Below are positions 10,242 to 21,539 of a stretch of DNA of 64,000 nt, one piece after another. Position numbers and translations under genes: made by a program. The notes beneath the pieces are model-generated. The model saw nothing but the letters and a program-made list of their open reading frames with translations, ran no database searches and was not told where the DNA came from. Source of the stretch: an uncultured Chthonomonadaceae bacterium (lineage in GTDB: Bacteria > Armatimonadota > Chthonomonadetes > Chthonomonadales > Chthonomonadaceae); assembly GCA_963835065.1 (NCBI GenBank), contig CAWIEK010000011.1, forward strand, positions 105,145 to 169,144, in the 5' to 3' direction. Positions within the stretch are counted from its first letter, which is position 1. Every line of letters begins with the position of its first letter.

Positions 10242-11363
10242 CTAAACAGGAGAAGCCGCGTGCGGCTTCTCTATTGCACCGGAGCGTTCAGCTACAGTCT
10301 GTGCGTTCTCTAGCGGTTTGACGATACAACGATCTATAACTCTTGGATCATCGGGGTTTTTTGGCACACGGACAATCGCGGCAAACTCTCTATCCCCTAC
10401 AGGTCTGCCGTCCTTATCCTTGATGTTGTAAAGTTCCTCCCAACACTCGGCCAGGTATTTCCCCGCTCCTTCTGTTCCATCTGCGCCAACGCCCGCGATG
10501 ATGACCCAAGTTTTCTCATGAATATCACTCCCCGTCGGATGAAATTTGAGAATTATGCCATAATCGTTTATGGTGTCGTCTTTGTACTCCCGCAACTCAT
10601 TCACTGGCTTATACTTGGGACAGTCCCAATCCGGGTTTTTCAGTGTAAGATGCCCGCCTACAGGAGCATCATATTCCTTCTCGAAGAACTCTTCTGCTCC
10701 TCTTCTTAGACTAGAATCAGTGAAGTAGTTGGAGAATAGCCCGAACATTATCAGGTTGCTGTCTCGCCCTTTCATTTCTATGAGGTCAGTATCTGTCAGA
10801 ATTTCAGGTGTTTCTTGTGACATCTCGCCTATTAAAGCAGCTACATAACCTAACGCCTTCAAATCCTGCAAAGCTGCCGTTTCCGTGTGGTCGAAACTCA
10901 CATTCTTTAATGCTGAGTTAGGCCGTTCACGAACTTTTTGCGAACGAAAGAAAGGCAAACAGTTGTGAATCGAAAGCTGAAACAGGCCAGTTTGATGAAG
11001 TGGAACGGGTGTCCTACCAGGAGAAGGCATTTGAGACGTAGGGATGGTGGGCACAGGTACAAACTCCGGGAAGATAAGGCGAACCTTACCCGGCGCGAAA
11101 CGCCCAAAGAACATCTGCCTGAACATCCGCCGCCTTTTGAACATGGGTACGAAATCGAGCAACAGAACTACCAACTCAAAGGTGGCAGCGGTGAGCAAAG
11201 CTATAAATATACTGTAGAAGGGTTGCTGAATCGGCTTGCAAAGTGACAATCCCACGCCGCCCAACACTGCCGCGCCAAGCAATGCAAAGAAGCGGCTCTT
11301 CCCAAACCGTGAGCGTTTTAAGTCTTCCAACAGTATCCGCAACTTCATTGCCATCCCTGCCAT
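10242..11363 (-). CDS. Hypothetical protein with two N-terminal transmembrane helices and a soluble alpha/beta domain
   Basis: 373-aa ORF, visibly lower GC than its flanks; NLIMFG..SN, DYGII, IIAG...GT.GA motifs. Confidence 0.7.
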   Translation of the reverse strand: MAGMAMKLRILLEDLKRSRFGKSRFFALLGAAVLGGVGLSLCKPIQQPFYSIFIALLTAATFELVVLLLDFVPMFKRRRMFRQMFFGRFAPGKVRLIFPEFVPVPTIPTSQMPSPGRTPVPLHQTGLFQLSIHNCLPFFRSQKVRERPNSALKNVSFDHTETAALQDLKALGYVAALIGEMSQETPEILTDTDLIEMKGRDSNLIMFGLFSNYFTDSSLRRGAEEFFEKEYDAPVGGHLTLKNPDWDCPKYKPVNELREYKDDTINDYGIILKFHPTGSDIHEKTWVIIAGVGADGTEGAGKYLAECWEELYNIKDKDGRPVGDREFAAIVRVPKNPDDPRVIDRCIVKPLENAQTVAERSGAIEKPHAASPV

Positions 11364-11728
11364 TCACAAAAGTAAGAGTGTGTTCTAATACGCGACATGT
11401 TGCATTGTAGCTGAACTAAGAATTTTGCCGCACCTGTGCAGCAAAACCCCAATTCCGCCTGCAAAAAAGCGCAAAATTGTAGTCTTTACCTGAAATTGCG
11501 TCTTGCGACGTAACAGGCCATGTTTTGCGGCAAAAGCCGTATTTTAGACATGTACGCGCTAATATCTCTCTTATTTTAACATAAAGGTTACGTAGTGTCA
11601 ATATCTACCCTTGAGACAAATTACGCCTTCGTTCGTGATGTTATGTATTCCCAACTCCTCTGTTTCGGCATAGAGTAAACGCATTTTGGCATCATTCGCT
11701 TTACGTCAAGTTCTACAGGAGTACATGA

Positions 11729-12502
11729 TTAAGAAGGTGTCTTGTGGCGTGTTTCTTCCGAACTCAGGTTGCGGAAGCGGGGCCAGCGTTTCAGGTGTAA
11801 AAACGTCAGTCGGGCAAAGAATATCTTGATGAGGATGTTCTTCGTTTTGTACCACAGCGTGGCGTAATTGCGGGCAGGAAGGGGTGGCGTCTGCAGCGCG
11901 AAATCGAGCGGCGGAAAGTACGCATAGATGTTGACCGCGCCCAGCGCCTCGTACTCCTCCACGCCCGCATAATCGCATGGGGCTGCTTCCATCCCGGCCA
12001 GATTCCGCGCGGATTCGGTCAGCAGCAGGTATTGTTTCGCTTCGAGAGAGTTTTTCAGCAGACGGTGGATTAAAATCACGTCCGTTCCCGCCAGTTCGGT
12101 AAAGCGGTCAATGCGGTGCATCAGGGCGGTTCCGACGTGCAGCAGGATTTTCAGGCGCAGACATTCCGTATGGCGGCAGGCTTCGCACTGACAGATGTTG
12201 GATTGCGACAGTTCCCGCAGTTTGCCATCGAACGCGCGGAAAAAACTGTCCATCTTCGCCAGCACGTCGCGCATCTGCAAAGCCGCCGAAGCGGGGTCGA
12301 GTTCGCAGTACAGAAACACGGCGTCGCCTTCCAGCTTGGCGACCACGAGCGGCATTTTGGCTTCGCGCAGCACGGTTTGTATCAACTGCGTGATGATGAT
12401 TTGCCCGTGCGCCAGCGCCTCTTTATGCGACACCATGAACTGCGTATACCCGCTGATGTCGCACATAGCCAGCAGCACGGATTTTGCCTCGTTCGCCACC
12501 AC
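11729..12502 (-). CDS. DUF2652 class III nucleotide cyclase-like protein
   Basis: Metal-binding DISGYT and EGDA; CxCxxC; LK..LH.G; LAG.DVI..HRLLKN. Confidence 0.85.
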   Translation of the reverse strand: MVANEAKSVLLAMCDISGYTQFMVSHKEALAHGQIIITQLIQTVLREAKMPLVVAKLEGDAVFLYCELDPASAALQMRDVLAKMDSFFRAFDGKLRELSQSNICQCEACRHTECLRLKILLHVGTALMHRIDRFTELAGTDVILIHRLLKNSLEAKQYLLLTESARNLAGMEAAPCDYAGVEEYEALGAVNIYAYFPPLDFALQTPPLPARNYATLWYKTKNILIKIFFARLTFLHLKRWPRFRNLSSEETRHKTPS

Positions 12503-12857
12503 ATTCTCCCGTCTACAGTTGCCGCAAAGATTTTCTTCTTACTTTTCATTGTTCAAAGTTGGTCGTTGCTAAATTGTTCATGGCTGCGCGACTTTCCTGT
12601 TTAAGCGTCCTGTGCAGACGACTTTCCGTGCCAATAATCTGTTTTGCGCCGTTTTCTGTGGCTGTGAAGTCGCTTTTCACGTTCTGCGCGCAGCCTGGCG
12701 TACATTCGGGCACAAGTTGGCATGTTGGCTCGTCTGGAAGGTACGGCGTGTCCCATGCGCCGGTTCGTGACGTTCTGCTCGCGCGGTCAGGGGAGGCCAT
12801 TCCTGTGGGAACTCGCCGGAACCCGCCGCAGGGCAGAAATCGGAAGAGAGGCTGACA

Positions 12858-13040
12858 ATGCAGATACGCAAACGTCTGAAACAAGCAATGCCTGTGGATA
12901 CCACTCGTTTAACGGACGCTTACCGTCAGGTAGTTTCCAGTCTACGCGAAGCGCGGAGCGTACAACCCGCGCAGGAGAAAGAACGCCAGATGCAGCGTTT
13001 GATGCGCTATATGTGTCCTGCCGATCCAATGAAACCGTAA
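12858..13040 (+). CDS. Small hypothetical protein
   Basis: GAGAGG RBS, 60-aa ORF followed by a strong hairpin. Confidence 0.4.
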   Translation: MQIRKRLKQAMPVDTTRLTDAYRQVVSSLREARSVQPAQEKERQMQRLMRYMCPADPMKP

Positions 13041-13076
13041 ACTCTCGAAAACATAGCGCGACAGTTCGATATACCG

Positions 13077-13119
13077 GGCGGTACACAATCCTTTGGATTG
13101 TGTACCGCCTACTTTATTT
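13077..13119 (+). terminator. Hairpin / intrinsic terminator
   Basis: Perfect 15-bp stem ggcggtacacaatcc-ttt-ggattgtgtaccgcc followed by a T-rich tail. Confidence 0.6.
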
Positions 13120-13392
13120 CAGGGCTTCTTAACACAATATACGTTACCCTGAGCGCGTCGTGAACGCCCCGTCTAAAAGCTTATCCCAATTGGCCGGATA
13201 TTGAAAATACCCGGCAGGAAAGTGCAAGCGTCCTACGGACGCAAGGACAAGCCCTATCGGGAGAGGCTCTAAAGGGCGTTCCGCCAGCCGGTCTGTGAAC
13301 GGAACACTTCTTTGCTTGGAAAGCCCATATCACCTTCTTTCCTGCCTTATTTTCTCTCCCGCTTATTTCAACTCAGAATTTTTTCAGGTTAC

Positions 13393-13452
13393 TTGACAAG
13401 TTGACGAACAATGTTGTATCCTTTTTTAGCACTCGCATGGTTAGAGCGCTAA
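13393..13452 (+). promoter_or_regulatory. Sigma-70 promoter and CIRCE (HrcA operator) of groESL
   Basis: TTGACA at 13393; TTAGCACTC-N9-GAGCGCTAA at 13426..13452 (one mismatch to the CIRCE consensus). Confidence 0.9.
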
Positions 13453-13501
13453 TTTCAGCGCAAAGCACACTTTACGAGTTATTCTGACAGGAGGAACGCG
13501 A

Positions 13502-13783
13502 ATGGCATTGCGACCGCTGCGCGACAAAGTTGTTGTCAAGCCCAGTGACGCGGACGAAAAGAGCACGGGCGGCATTTTCCTGCCCGATGCGGCGAAGAAG
13601 AAACCGCAAGAGGGCACGGTAATTGCTGTCGGTTCAGGACGCCTGCTCGACGACGGCACGGTGAAAGCGCTTTCCGTCGCCGTTGGCGACAAAGTGGTGT
13701 ATTCCAAGTACGGCGGCACGGACGTCAAGATGGACGGTTCCGACTACGTGCTTTTGGACGAAGATCAGATTTTTGCGATTCTT

Positions 13784-13789
<6 letters not shown>
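13502..13789 (+). CDS. groES: Co-chaperonin GroES
   Basis: LRPL.DKVVV, GGIFLPD.AK.KPQEG.V.AVG.G, YSKYGGT. Confidence 0.99.
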
Positions 13790-15557
<1,768 letters not shown>

Positions 15558-15752
15558 GCGCAAAGGATGAAGGCGGAAGGAGGAAGGATGAAAATCAATT
15601 CCTTCTTCCGCTTCCTGTCCCAAAAAAACGCCCCGCTTTCCTTATATGGAAGGCGGGGCGTTGTGCTTGACGCGCCATAGAAAATTCGTTGCAATGAAAC
15701 AGGAGCGATGAAAATTTGTCTTGTTTGATGCGGTTGCGGAGGCTGTTGAGCG

Positions 15753-16088
15753 ATGGATAAAATAAATGAGTATGTGCAGATCGTGAAGCGCGTGATACAG
15801 GATGTGGCGGACTATGTGCCCGAAGAAGAAGGCGTTCGCAAGGAAGTTATCTTTGATGACGCTTCCGGGCATTACCAACTGCTGCAAACCGGCTGGAAGA
15901 ACCGCCGCCGGGTTCACGGCACACTGGTTCACATTGACGTGCGCGATGACAAAGTATGGGTAGAACACGACGGCACGAACTTAGAGATAGTGCAGGATTT
16001 ACTGGACGCGGGCATTCCGCAAGAACAAATCGTGCTTGGCTTTCACGCCCCCGAACTGCGGCAGTTTACCGAGTTCGCTCCCGCTTGA
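15753..16088 (+). CDS. xisI: XisI family protein
   Basis: IFD...HYQL...GW....RVHG..VHID....KVW.EHDGT..., IVLGFH.P..R..T.FA. Confidence 0.92.
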   Translation: MDKINEYVQIVKRVIQDVADYVPEEEGVRKEVIFDDASGHYQLLQTGWKNRRRVHGTLVHIDVRDDKVWVEHDGTNLEIVQDLLDAGIPQEQIVLGFHAPELRQFTEFAPA

Positions 16089-16322
16089 ACGCGCCTGGGG
16101 TCAGGCTTTGAAACCGAACAGGAACTCTGTTGCCCGCAGCCGCTTCCGTTAGCCGGTAAGGCAAAAACAGCGTATTGTACCGCGTTTTCAACACAGTGAG
16201 CAGGAGAAAAGTTGCGCGGCGTGGAAACAATCCGCACAAGCAAGCGCGAACTAATCCTGACGCTCACTTGTTTCTTGAACCGGGCGTCCGTTGATTTTGT
16301 CTGTAAAGGTTAGCCGCATCCT

Positions 16323-17702
16323 ATGAGCCACGATTCTGAGCGTTTTCCATCCGAACTTGCCCACATTTTGTTCATGGACATTGTAGGCTATTCCCTGCTG
16401 CTCATAAACGACCAGAGGCGTGTGGTCGCCATGCTGCAAAGCCTTGTGCGCAATGCCCCGGAGTTCCAGCACGCGCAAGCAGCGGGCAGAGTAATCTCCT
16501 CAGATACAGGAGATGGATTGGCGCTGGTGTTCTTCGGCGACCCGACCTCACCGGTGTATTGCGCGGTGGAGATCGCCCGCGCGTTGCGTGAAAAGCCTGA
16601 ACTACAGTTGCGCATGGGCATCAACAGCGGTCTGGTGTCGCGCACAACCGACTTTAACGGCCATGATAAAGTCACCGGCAGTGGTATCAATATGGCGCAG
16701 CGGGTGATGGATTGTGGAAACGCGGGGCATATCTTGCTGTCGCACGATTGCGCAAAAATCATGCGTCAATTCAGCGAGTGGGCCAACGCGCTTCACGACC
16801 TGGGCGAGTATCAAATCAAACATGACCTCACCCTGCGCCTGTACAATCTGTGCATGGAGCAGGTTGGCAATCCCGCCCCGTCGCAAGCCACACCAAAAAG
16901 CGCGCCCCCTGCAAACGCGCCAAAGAACGGCAATCCGCCCGGGACAGGCGGTGCAGCGAAGCAAAATGCCGGTATGGAAAGCGGCACAGAAAGCAAGACA
17001 AAAACCAACTCGGCGGATGGCGCGGAAATGGCGTGGATACCAGCGGGAACCTTCCAGATGGGCGGGAACGGTGAATACGACGGCAAGCCGGTTCATTCGG
17101 TGACATTGTCAGGTTTCTGGATGTACAAAACGCCGGTGACAGTGGCGCAGTTCCGCACGTACGATGCAGCGAACGGAAGCAAGTACGACTGGACGAAGAA
17201 CAAACCGGATTGGGGTTGGCTGGACGAGCATCCGATGGTAAATGTCTCCTGGACAGAGGCCTCGGCGTATGCGCAGTGGGCGGGCGTCGTGCTGCCGACA
17301 GAGGCGCAATGGGAATATGCGGCGCGGGGCGGTTTTGCGGGGAAGAACTATCCCTGGGGCGATGATTGGGACGGGAGCAAATGCGCCAATTCCGTCAAGC
17401 CGAATGACTTGAAGGGCACAAAAGCAGTCAAGAGTTACGCAGAGAATGGCTGGGGCCTGTATGATATGGCGGGCAACGTGTGGCAGTGGTGCGCGGACTG
17501 GTACGACAAAGCCTACTACCAGACAGCGGCGGCCAGCCAGACCGACCCAAGAGGGGCGAGTTCGGGCACATTCCGCGTCCTGCGGGGCGGTTCTTGGGGC
17601 GGCGATTCCGAGACCTACTTCCGCTGCGCGGACCGCGACTACTACATTCCCGACGACTGGAACGGCATTATCGGGTTTCGTTGCTGTTCTCCAGGACTGT
17701 AA
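16323..17702 (+). CDS. Class III adenylate/guanylate cyclase fused to an FGE-sulfatase (CLec-fold) domain; probable DGR target
   Basis: Cyclase: FMDIVGYS, TGDG, LRMGINSG, GINMAQRVMD. FGE domain: F.MG, PVTVAQF, LPTEAQWEYAARGG, GLYDMAGNVWQW, RVLRGGSW...GFRC. Confidence 0.92.
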   Translation: MSHDSERFPSELAHILFMDIVGYSLLLINDQRRVVAMLQSLVRNAPEFQHAQAAGRVISSDTGDGLALVFFGDPTSPVYCAVEIARALREKPELQLRMGINSGLVSRTTDFNGHDKVTGSGINMAQRVMDCGNAGHILLSHDCAKIMRQFSEWANALHDLGEYQIKHDLTLRLYNLCMEQVGNPAPSQATPKSAPPANAPKNGNPPGTGGAAKQNAGMESGTESKTKTNSADGAEMAWIPAGTFQMGGNGEYDGKPVHSVTLSGFWMYKTPVTVAQFRTYDAANGSKYDWTKNKPDWGWLDEHPMVNVSWTEASAYAQWAGVVLPTEAQWEYAARGGFAGKNYPWGDDWDGSKCANSVKPNDLKGTKAVKSYAENGWGLYDMAGNVWQWCADWYDKAYYQTAAASQTDPRGASSGTFRVLRGGSWGGDSETYFRCADRDYYIPDDWNGIIGFRCCSPGL

Positions 17703-17771
17703 TGCTAACCATTTAACCTTTTACTCTTTTACTCTTTATTCTTTCAAGCCGGCAAAGCCGACTTGAAGAAT
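17574..17771 (+). other. Putative DGR variable region, IMH and downstream hairpin
   Basis: 22 of the 25 codons between GGSW and GFR end in C/T and none ends in A; pyrimidine-rich ttttactc repeats; stem-loop at 17738..17771. Confidence 0.7.
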
Positions 17772-17853
17772 CGAATTTTGAAAATTTGACGTTGTTTCAG
17801 AGTAAAGCCGAATTTTCTTTTCGCGCCGCTATGGGAAGGCAGGAATCAACGCT

Positions 17854-17979
17854 GTGGCTGGCGAAGTAAGCGCTGTTACGAAAACGTATGAGTTTTTGCT
17901 CTGGCTCCTCCCGCAAATCGCCCGCTTTCCCCGCGATCATCGCTTCACGTTGCAACGGCGGCGTATTCGGCGGTTGTAA
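17854..17979 (+). pseudogene. avd: Truncated DGR accessory variability determinant (Avd), N-terminal ~33 aa only
   Basis: Not in the ORF track. GTG-start frame reads MAGEVSAVTKTYEFLLWLLPQIARFPRDHRFTL, the typical Avd N-terminus; similarity stops at ~17952. Confidence 0.8.
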
Positions 17980-18024
17980 CCCTCGTTCCCGGATGCTCTC
18001 GCTCTTGCCGGACTTCGATACTGT

Positions 18025-18255
18025 TTAGGTTGCGCTTGCAGCGAGTTCGCAAGCAGTCTTTGGTAACAGTTCAACATCCGAGGCGTAAACGATGCTATGA
18101 TCTTCGTGCCACTCTGTTACAACCGTGATTTTGATCTCATCACCGTTGTTCGCTTCGTGGCAGAGACGCTGAAACAAAGTTTCGTCCGGCACGTTCACCT
18201 TCTGCGTGAACAATCGGTTTCCACCTTTGTAGCGTGTTTTCTTCTCATACAGCAA
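18025..18255 (-). CDS. Small hypothetical protein (beta-rich; true start may lie further upstream)
   Basis: Protein-like 76-aa ORF co-oriented with the GNAT/TPR genes; frame stays open upstream to ~18375. Confidence 0.45.
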   Translation of the reverse strand: MLYEKKTRYKGGNRLFTQKVNVPDETLFQRLCHEANNGDEIKITVVTEWHEDHSIVYASDVELLPKTACELAASAT

Positions 18256-18359
18256 TGCAGGCAGATTGCCGGGTAACAGACCAAGAAGCGCTGCCTGTAT
18301 CGTTGCTTTCGTCGTTTCCGTCAGTCCAAAATACTGTATTCCTGTTATTTTGTCTTCCC

Positions 18360-18844
18360 TTAATAGACACCAACGAGTTTAAAAAACAGCGTATCCGCTT
18401 CGCCGCATCTATTTTCGGCGCAAAGCAAGGCCGCATAAGCCTCTCGCGCTTGCATGGTCAGGGCATGTTGTAAGCCGAACGTTTGTTCTCGCAGGGTCAG
18501 GGCGCGGGCATACAGCGGTTCCGCCGCCGGATTGCCGCTTGCCTGATACTGCTTTGCAAGGCTGTAGAGAATTTGCGCCAGCATGGGATCGTTGGCGGGC
18601 AGGGCGCGTTCCGCAATGGCAAGCAGGCGCAGATACAATTCCGTCACATTGCCGTACTCGGCAGCTCCAAGCCGCGCGAACAATCTCCGGCGCATAGCCT
18701 GAACCCGTCAAGCGGTCGAATATATCCGTCATTCGTCACATGGTCCAACTCTTCCTGGCTTACACCTGCATCAAGCCACTCCTGATCCATCATTTCTTTT
18801 GCGCGTTGATATACCTGATCGGAACGGAGTTCTGTGGTTGTCAT
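18360..18844 (-). CDS. Kinesin-light-chain-type TPR protein, paralog of 18872..19408, interrupted by two frameshifts
   Basis: Three overlapping frames together give WLDAGVSQEELD / DIFDRLTGSGY / DPMLAQI.Y.LA..Y..A.PLY.RAL, colinear with the neighbour. Confidence 0.65.
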
Positions 18845-18871
18845 AGTAATGGTTCCTTTTTGTCATCCCTG

Positions 18872-19408
18872 TCATACGGGCTGTAAAGCGCGGGTTTTCA
18901 GAAGCGCATTTGCTTCGCTGCTGCGGCCTTCCGCGTGGAACTTTTCGATTTGATGGTCATAAGACTGGTATAGCCGGTTCCGAGCCTCAATAGTGCGGGG
19001 ATGTTCCAGGCCAAGTGTTTGGCTCCAGAGTTTTAGAACGCGCGTAAAGAGCGGAATGGCGGATTGGTAGGCTTGATTGGCGTCGTATCCTATCGCCAGC
19101 CGATACCAGATCAGTGCCAGCATGGGATCGTCCGGCGCGAAGGCGCTTTCCGCAATCGGCCACAGGGCATGGTAGAACGGCATTTTGTCCGATGTGGCAG
19201 GGTACTCGGTTTCCCACACGGCGCGTATGCCTTCTTCGGGGTAGCCGGAACCCATCAGTCGGTCGAGAATATCCGCGAGTTCATCCCCCTCGTCAAGTTC
19301 TTCCTGACTCACGCCTGCTTCCAGCCAGCTTGTATTGATGATTTCTCTTGCGCGTCGGTAAGCGTCTTCGCTGCGGTTCAATTGGACTTGCTGCACTGCC
19401 ATAATCAC
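18872..19408 (-). CDS. TPR-containing protein (TPR_10/12-like)
   Basis: DPMLA...LA..Y...Y..A.PLF.R.L...QTLG.EHP.T. Confidence 0.8.
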   Translation of the reverse strand: MIMAVQQVQLNRSEDAYRRAREIINTSWLEAGVSQEELDEGDELADILDRLMGSGYPEEGIRAVWETEYPATSDKMPFYHALWPIAESAFAPDDPMLALIWYRLAIGYDANQAYQSAIPLFTRVLKLWSQTLGLEHPRTIEARNRLYQSYDHQIEKFHAEGRSSEANALLKTRALQPV

Positions 19409-19441
19409 TCTTCTCTTTTCGACATAACAACATCAGCGCGG

Positions 19442-20005
19442 CTAAGGAACGGCATGAACGCTTTGCAGCAGTTGCCGCGCTTCTGCCTGGTACAATTTGA
19501 GTTGCTTTGCGCCGTAAGGCAAACCGCTGAAGCCTAATCTGCGGTAAAAACCTTCCGCCTCGCGCCGCGTTTCCACGAGAACGCGCCCCTGCGCTCCTTG
19601 CCGATAGCTTTCTACAACCAGGCGAGCGACAAGTACGCGCCCAACTCCCCGATAGCGCGGCGTTCCGATATCATGCCGATTGTGGGGCGCAGTTTCCAGA
19701 AGACTTTTCCGCAAGAAATTACCTGCAAAGGTTGCATTTCCTAACCGAACAAGACCTTGTATGGCTGTGTCTACTTGATTCGCGCACACCAGTTTCAAGG
19801 CTTGCCCCTCGGCGGCATGAACCGGCCAAACATCCCTAAATACAGCCTCGTTCCAGTTTTCTCCGTGTAGTTCGGCAATATCACTTGCACCCAAAATTGC
19901 AAACTGAACAGAAATTTTGTCACCCGTTGCTGCTTCTGTAACGAAGTAAGGCAACATGTTCGGATCGGCGGTGAGCAAAACATCAAGTTCCAGGTCGGCA
20001 TCCAT
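19442..20005 (-). CDS. GNAT family N-acetyltransferase, probably leaderless
   Basis: LETAP.N, YRGVGRVL, AEGFY.RLGF; TTGACG-17-TACACT promoter ends 5 nt before the ATG. Confidence 0.8.
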   Translation of the reverse strand: MDADLELDVLLTADPNMLPYFVTEAATGDKISVQFAILGASDIAELHGENWNEAVFRDVWPVHAAEGQALKLVCANQVDTAIQGLVRLGNATFAGNFLRKSLLETAPHNRHDIGTPRYRGVGRVLVARLVVESYRQGAQGRVLVETRREAEGFYRRLGFSGLPYGAKQLKLYQAEARQLLQSVHAVP

Positions 20006-20075
20006 ATTGTAGTGTAGCAAGTTCCGTCGCTTTCGTCAAGAGGCTTAACACCGCAAGAAACATATTATGGATGCC

Positions 20076-21161
20076 CTAATCCCTGAAAGCGTTTGTTGCC
20101 GCCCGCAAATGATCGAGCAGGATTTGCATTGCGGAGGGCAGGGGAACCTGAAAGTCGAGGCGGACGCCGGTACGCGGCTGGCTGAAACTCAGGGCGTAAG
20201 CGTGAAGCGCCTGCCCGCCTAAATTGGCAATATCGGCTTCGAGTTGGGCGCGAACGCTTGAGGGAAATACGTCTGCCCCCAATTTGCGTAAGCCGCCGTA
20301 CAAAGGGTCGCCTACGATGGGATGGTGGATGTACGCGCAATGGACGCGAATCTGGTGGGTGCGGCCCGTGCGCAGCGTGGCTTCCAGAAACGCAAACGCG
20401 GTGGCGAAGGTTTCCAGACGCTGAAGTTCTGTTTGCGCGGTTCGGGCTGTGTGGCGGGCATCCGTCAGCACAGCCATTTTTTTGCGGTCGGAAGGGTGAC
20501 GCCCGATGGGAGCGTCTATCGTCGCCCGCTCAAACGCGGGAACGCCCCACACAAGCGCCTGATAGCGGCGCTTCGCCGTCCGCGCCTGTATCTGCGCTTG
20601 CAGGTCGCGGTGCGCAAGGTCGTTTTTCGCCACCATGATCAGCCCGCCCGTATCTTTGTCCAGGCGATGCACAATGCCCGGACGCTGCTCCCCACCAATC
20701 CCCGACAAGTCCGTCGCATAGCCGAGTACGGCGTTTACAAGCGTTCCCTGCGTCGCGCCGGGAGCCGGATGCACCACCATTCCCCGCGCCTTGTTGATCA
20801 CCAGCACATCGGAATCTTCATAAACGATTTCCAGCGGGATGGACTCCGCCTCGATGCGCGCGGTTTTCGGCTGCGGCTGCTCAATAGTAATTACATCCCC
20901 GACGCGCAGGCGGTAATTGGATTTTTCCGGCTTGCCGTTGACCCGAACGCCCTCCGCCTCCGTTCCTGCCATTTCGATAAGCCGCTGCGCTTCCGCCCGC
21001 GAAGCGGAACCAAGCGCGGCAGTCACAAAAACATCCAATCGCTGTCCTGTATTCTGTGGAGAGACATGATGCGTAACAACGGCTTTGCTGCTTATCAGAG
21101 CAGGCGAGGCTTCCACTTCACTAAGCTCCTCGTCTTCATCGTAGGTATCGCGCATCTGCAT
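20076..21161 (-). CDS. rluD: RluD-type pseudouridine synthase
   Basis: S4 domain RLD; NK..GMVVHP; RPGIVHRLDKDT; TGRTHQIRVH; GDPLYG. Confidence 0.93.
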   Translation of the reverse strand: MQMRDTYDEDEELSEVEASPALISSKAVVTHHVSPQNTGQRLDVFVTAALGSASRAEAQRLIEMAGTEAEGVRVNGKPEKSNYRLRVGDVITIEQPQPKTARIEAESIPLEIVYEDSDVLVINKARGMVVHPAPGATQGTLVNAVLGYATDLSGIGGEQRPGIVHRLDKDTGGLIMVAKNDLAHRDLQAQIQARTAKRRYQALVWGVPAFERATIDAPIGRHPSDRKKMAVLTDARHTARTAQTELQRLETFATAFAFLEATLRTGRTHQIRVHCAYIHHPIVGDPLYGGLRKLGADVFPSSVRAQLEADIANLGGQALHAYALSFSQPRTGVRLDFQVPLPSAMQILLDHLRAATNAFRD

Positions 21162-21539
21162 TGAGTATTCCTGTTGGCTGGCGTAGACTAAGCAAGCATG
21201 TTCGGCGTCAGAAATCATAAGAGCGACTGGTGAATGTTATCGTTGAAACCCGGTGAATATAAGCCGAAAGAATGATTGTATGGGCGAATAATGTTTTCTG
21301 GAGCAATTTTAACATTCTGATGCAACTTTTTGACAGCCCAACCGTCTGAATACCTGTAAGTGTATGCAAAGGACGCGGAAGTCCAAACGCCATTTGTCTT
21401 TGACAGTATTGCGTCTTGTTCCGCGTCCTTGTTGCGTCTGCCGCCGAAAACATATTCACGACAAGATACGAACGGCCTGCTGTTCTATTCCAACATTCCT
21501 CAAGCGGGGAAGGTTCACGCCAACCAGGGAGATACATCA

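Noticed and set aside
17953..18024. DGR template repeat or RT fragment after the avd stub
   Set aside because: No AAC-rich copy of the variable region and no RT motifs seen here or elsewhere in the window.
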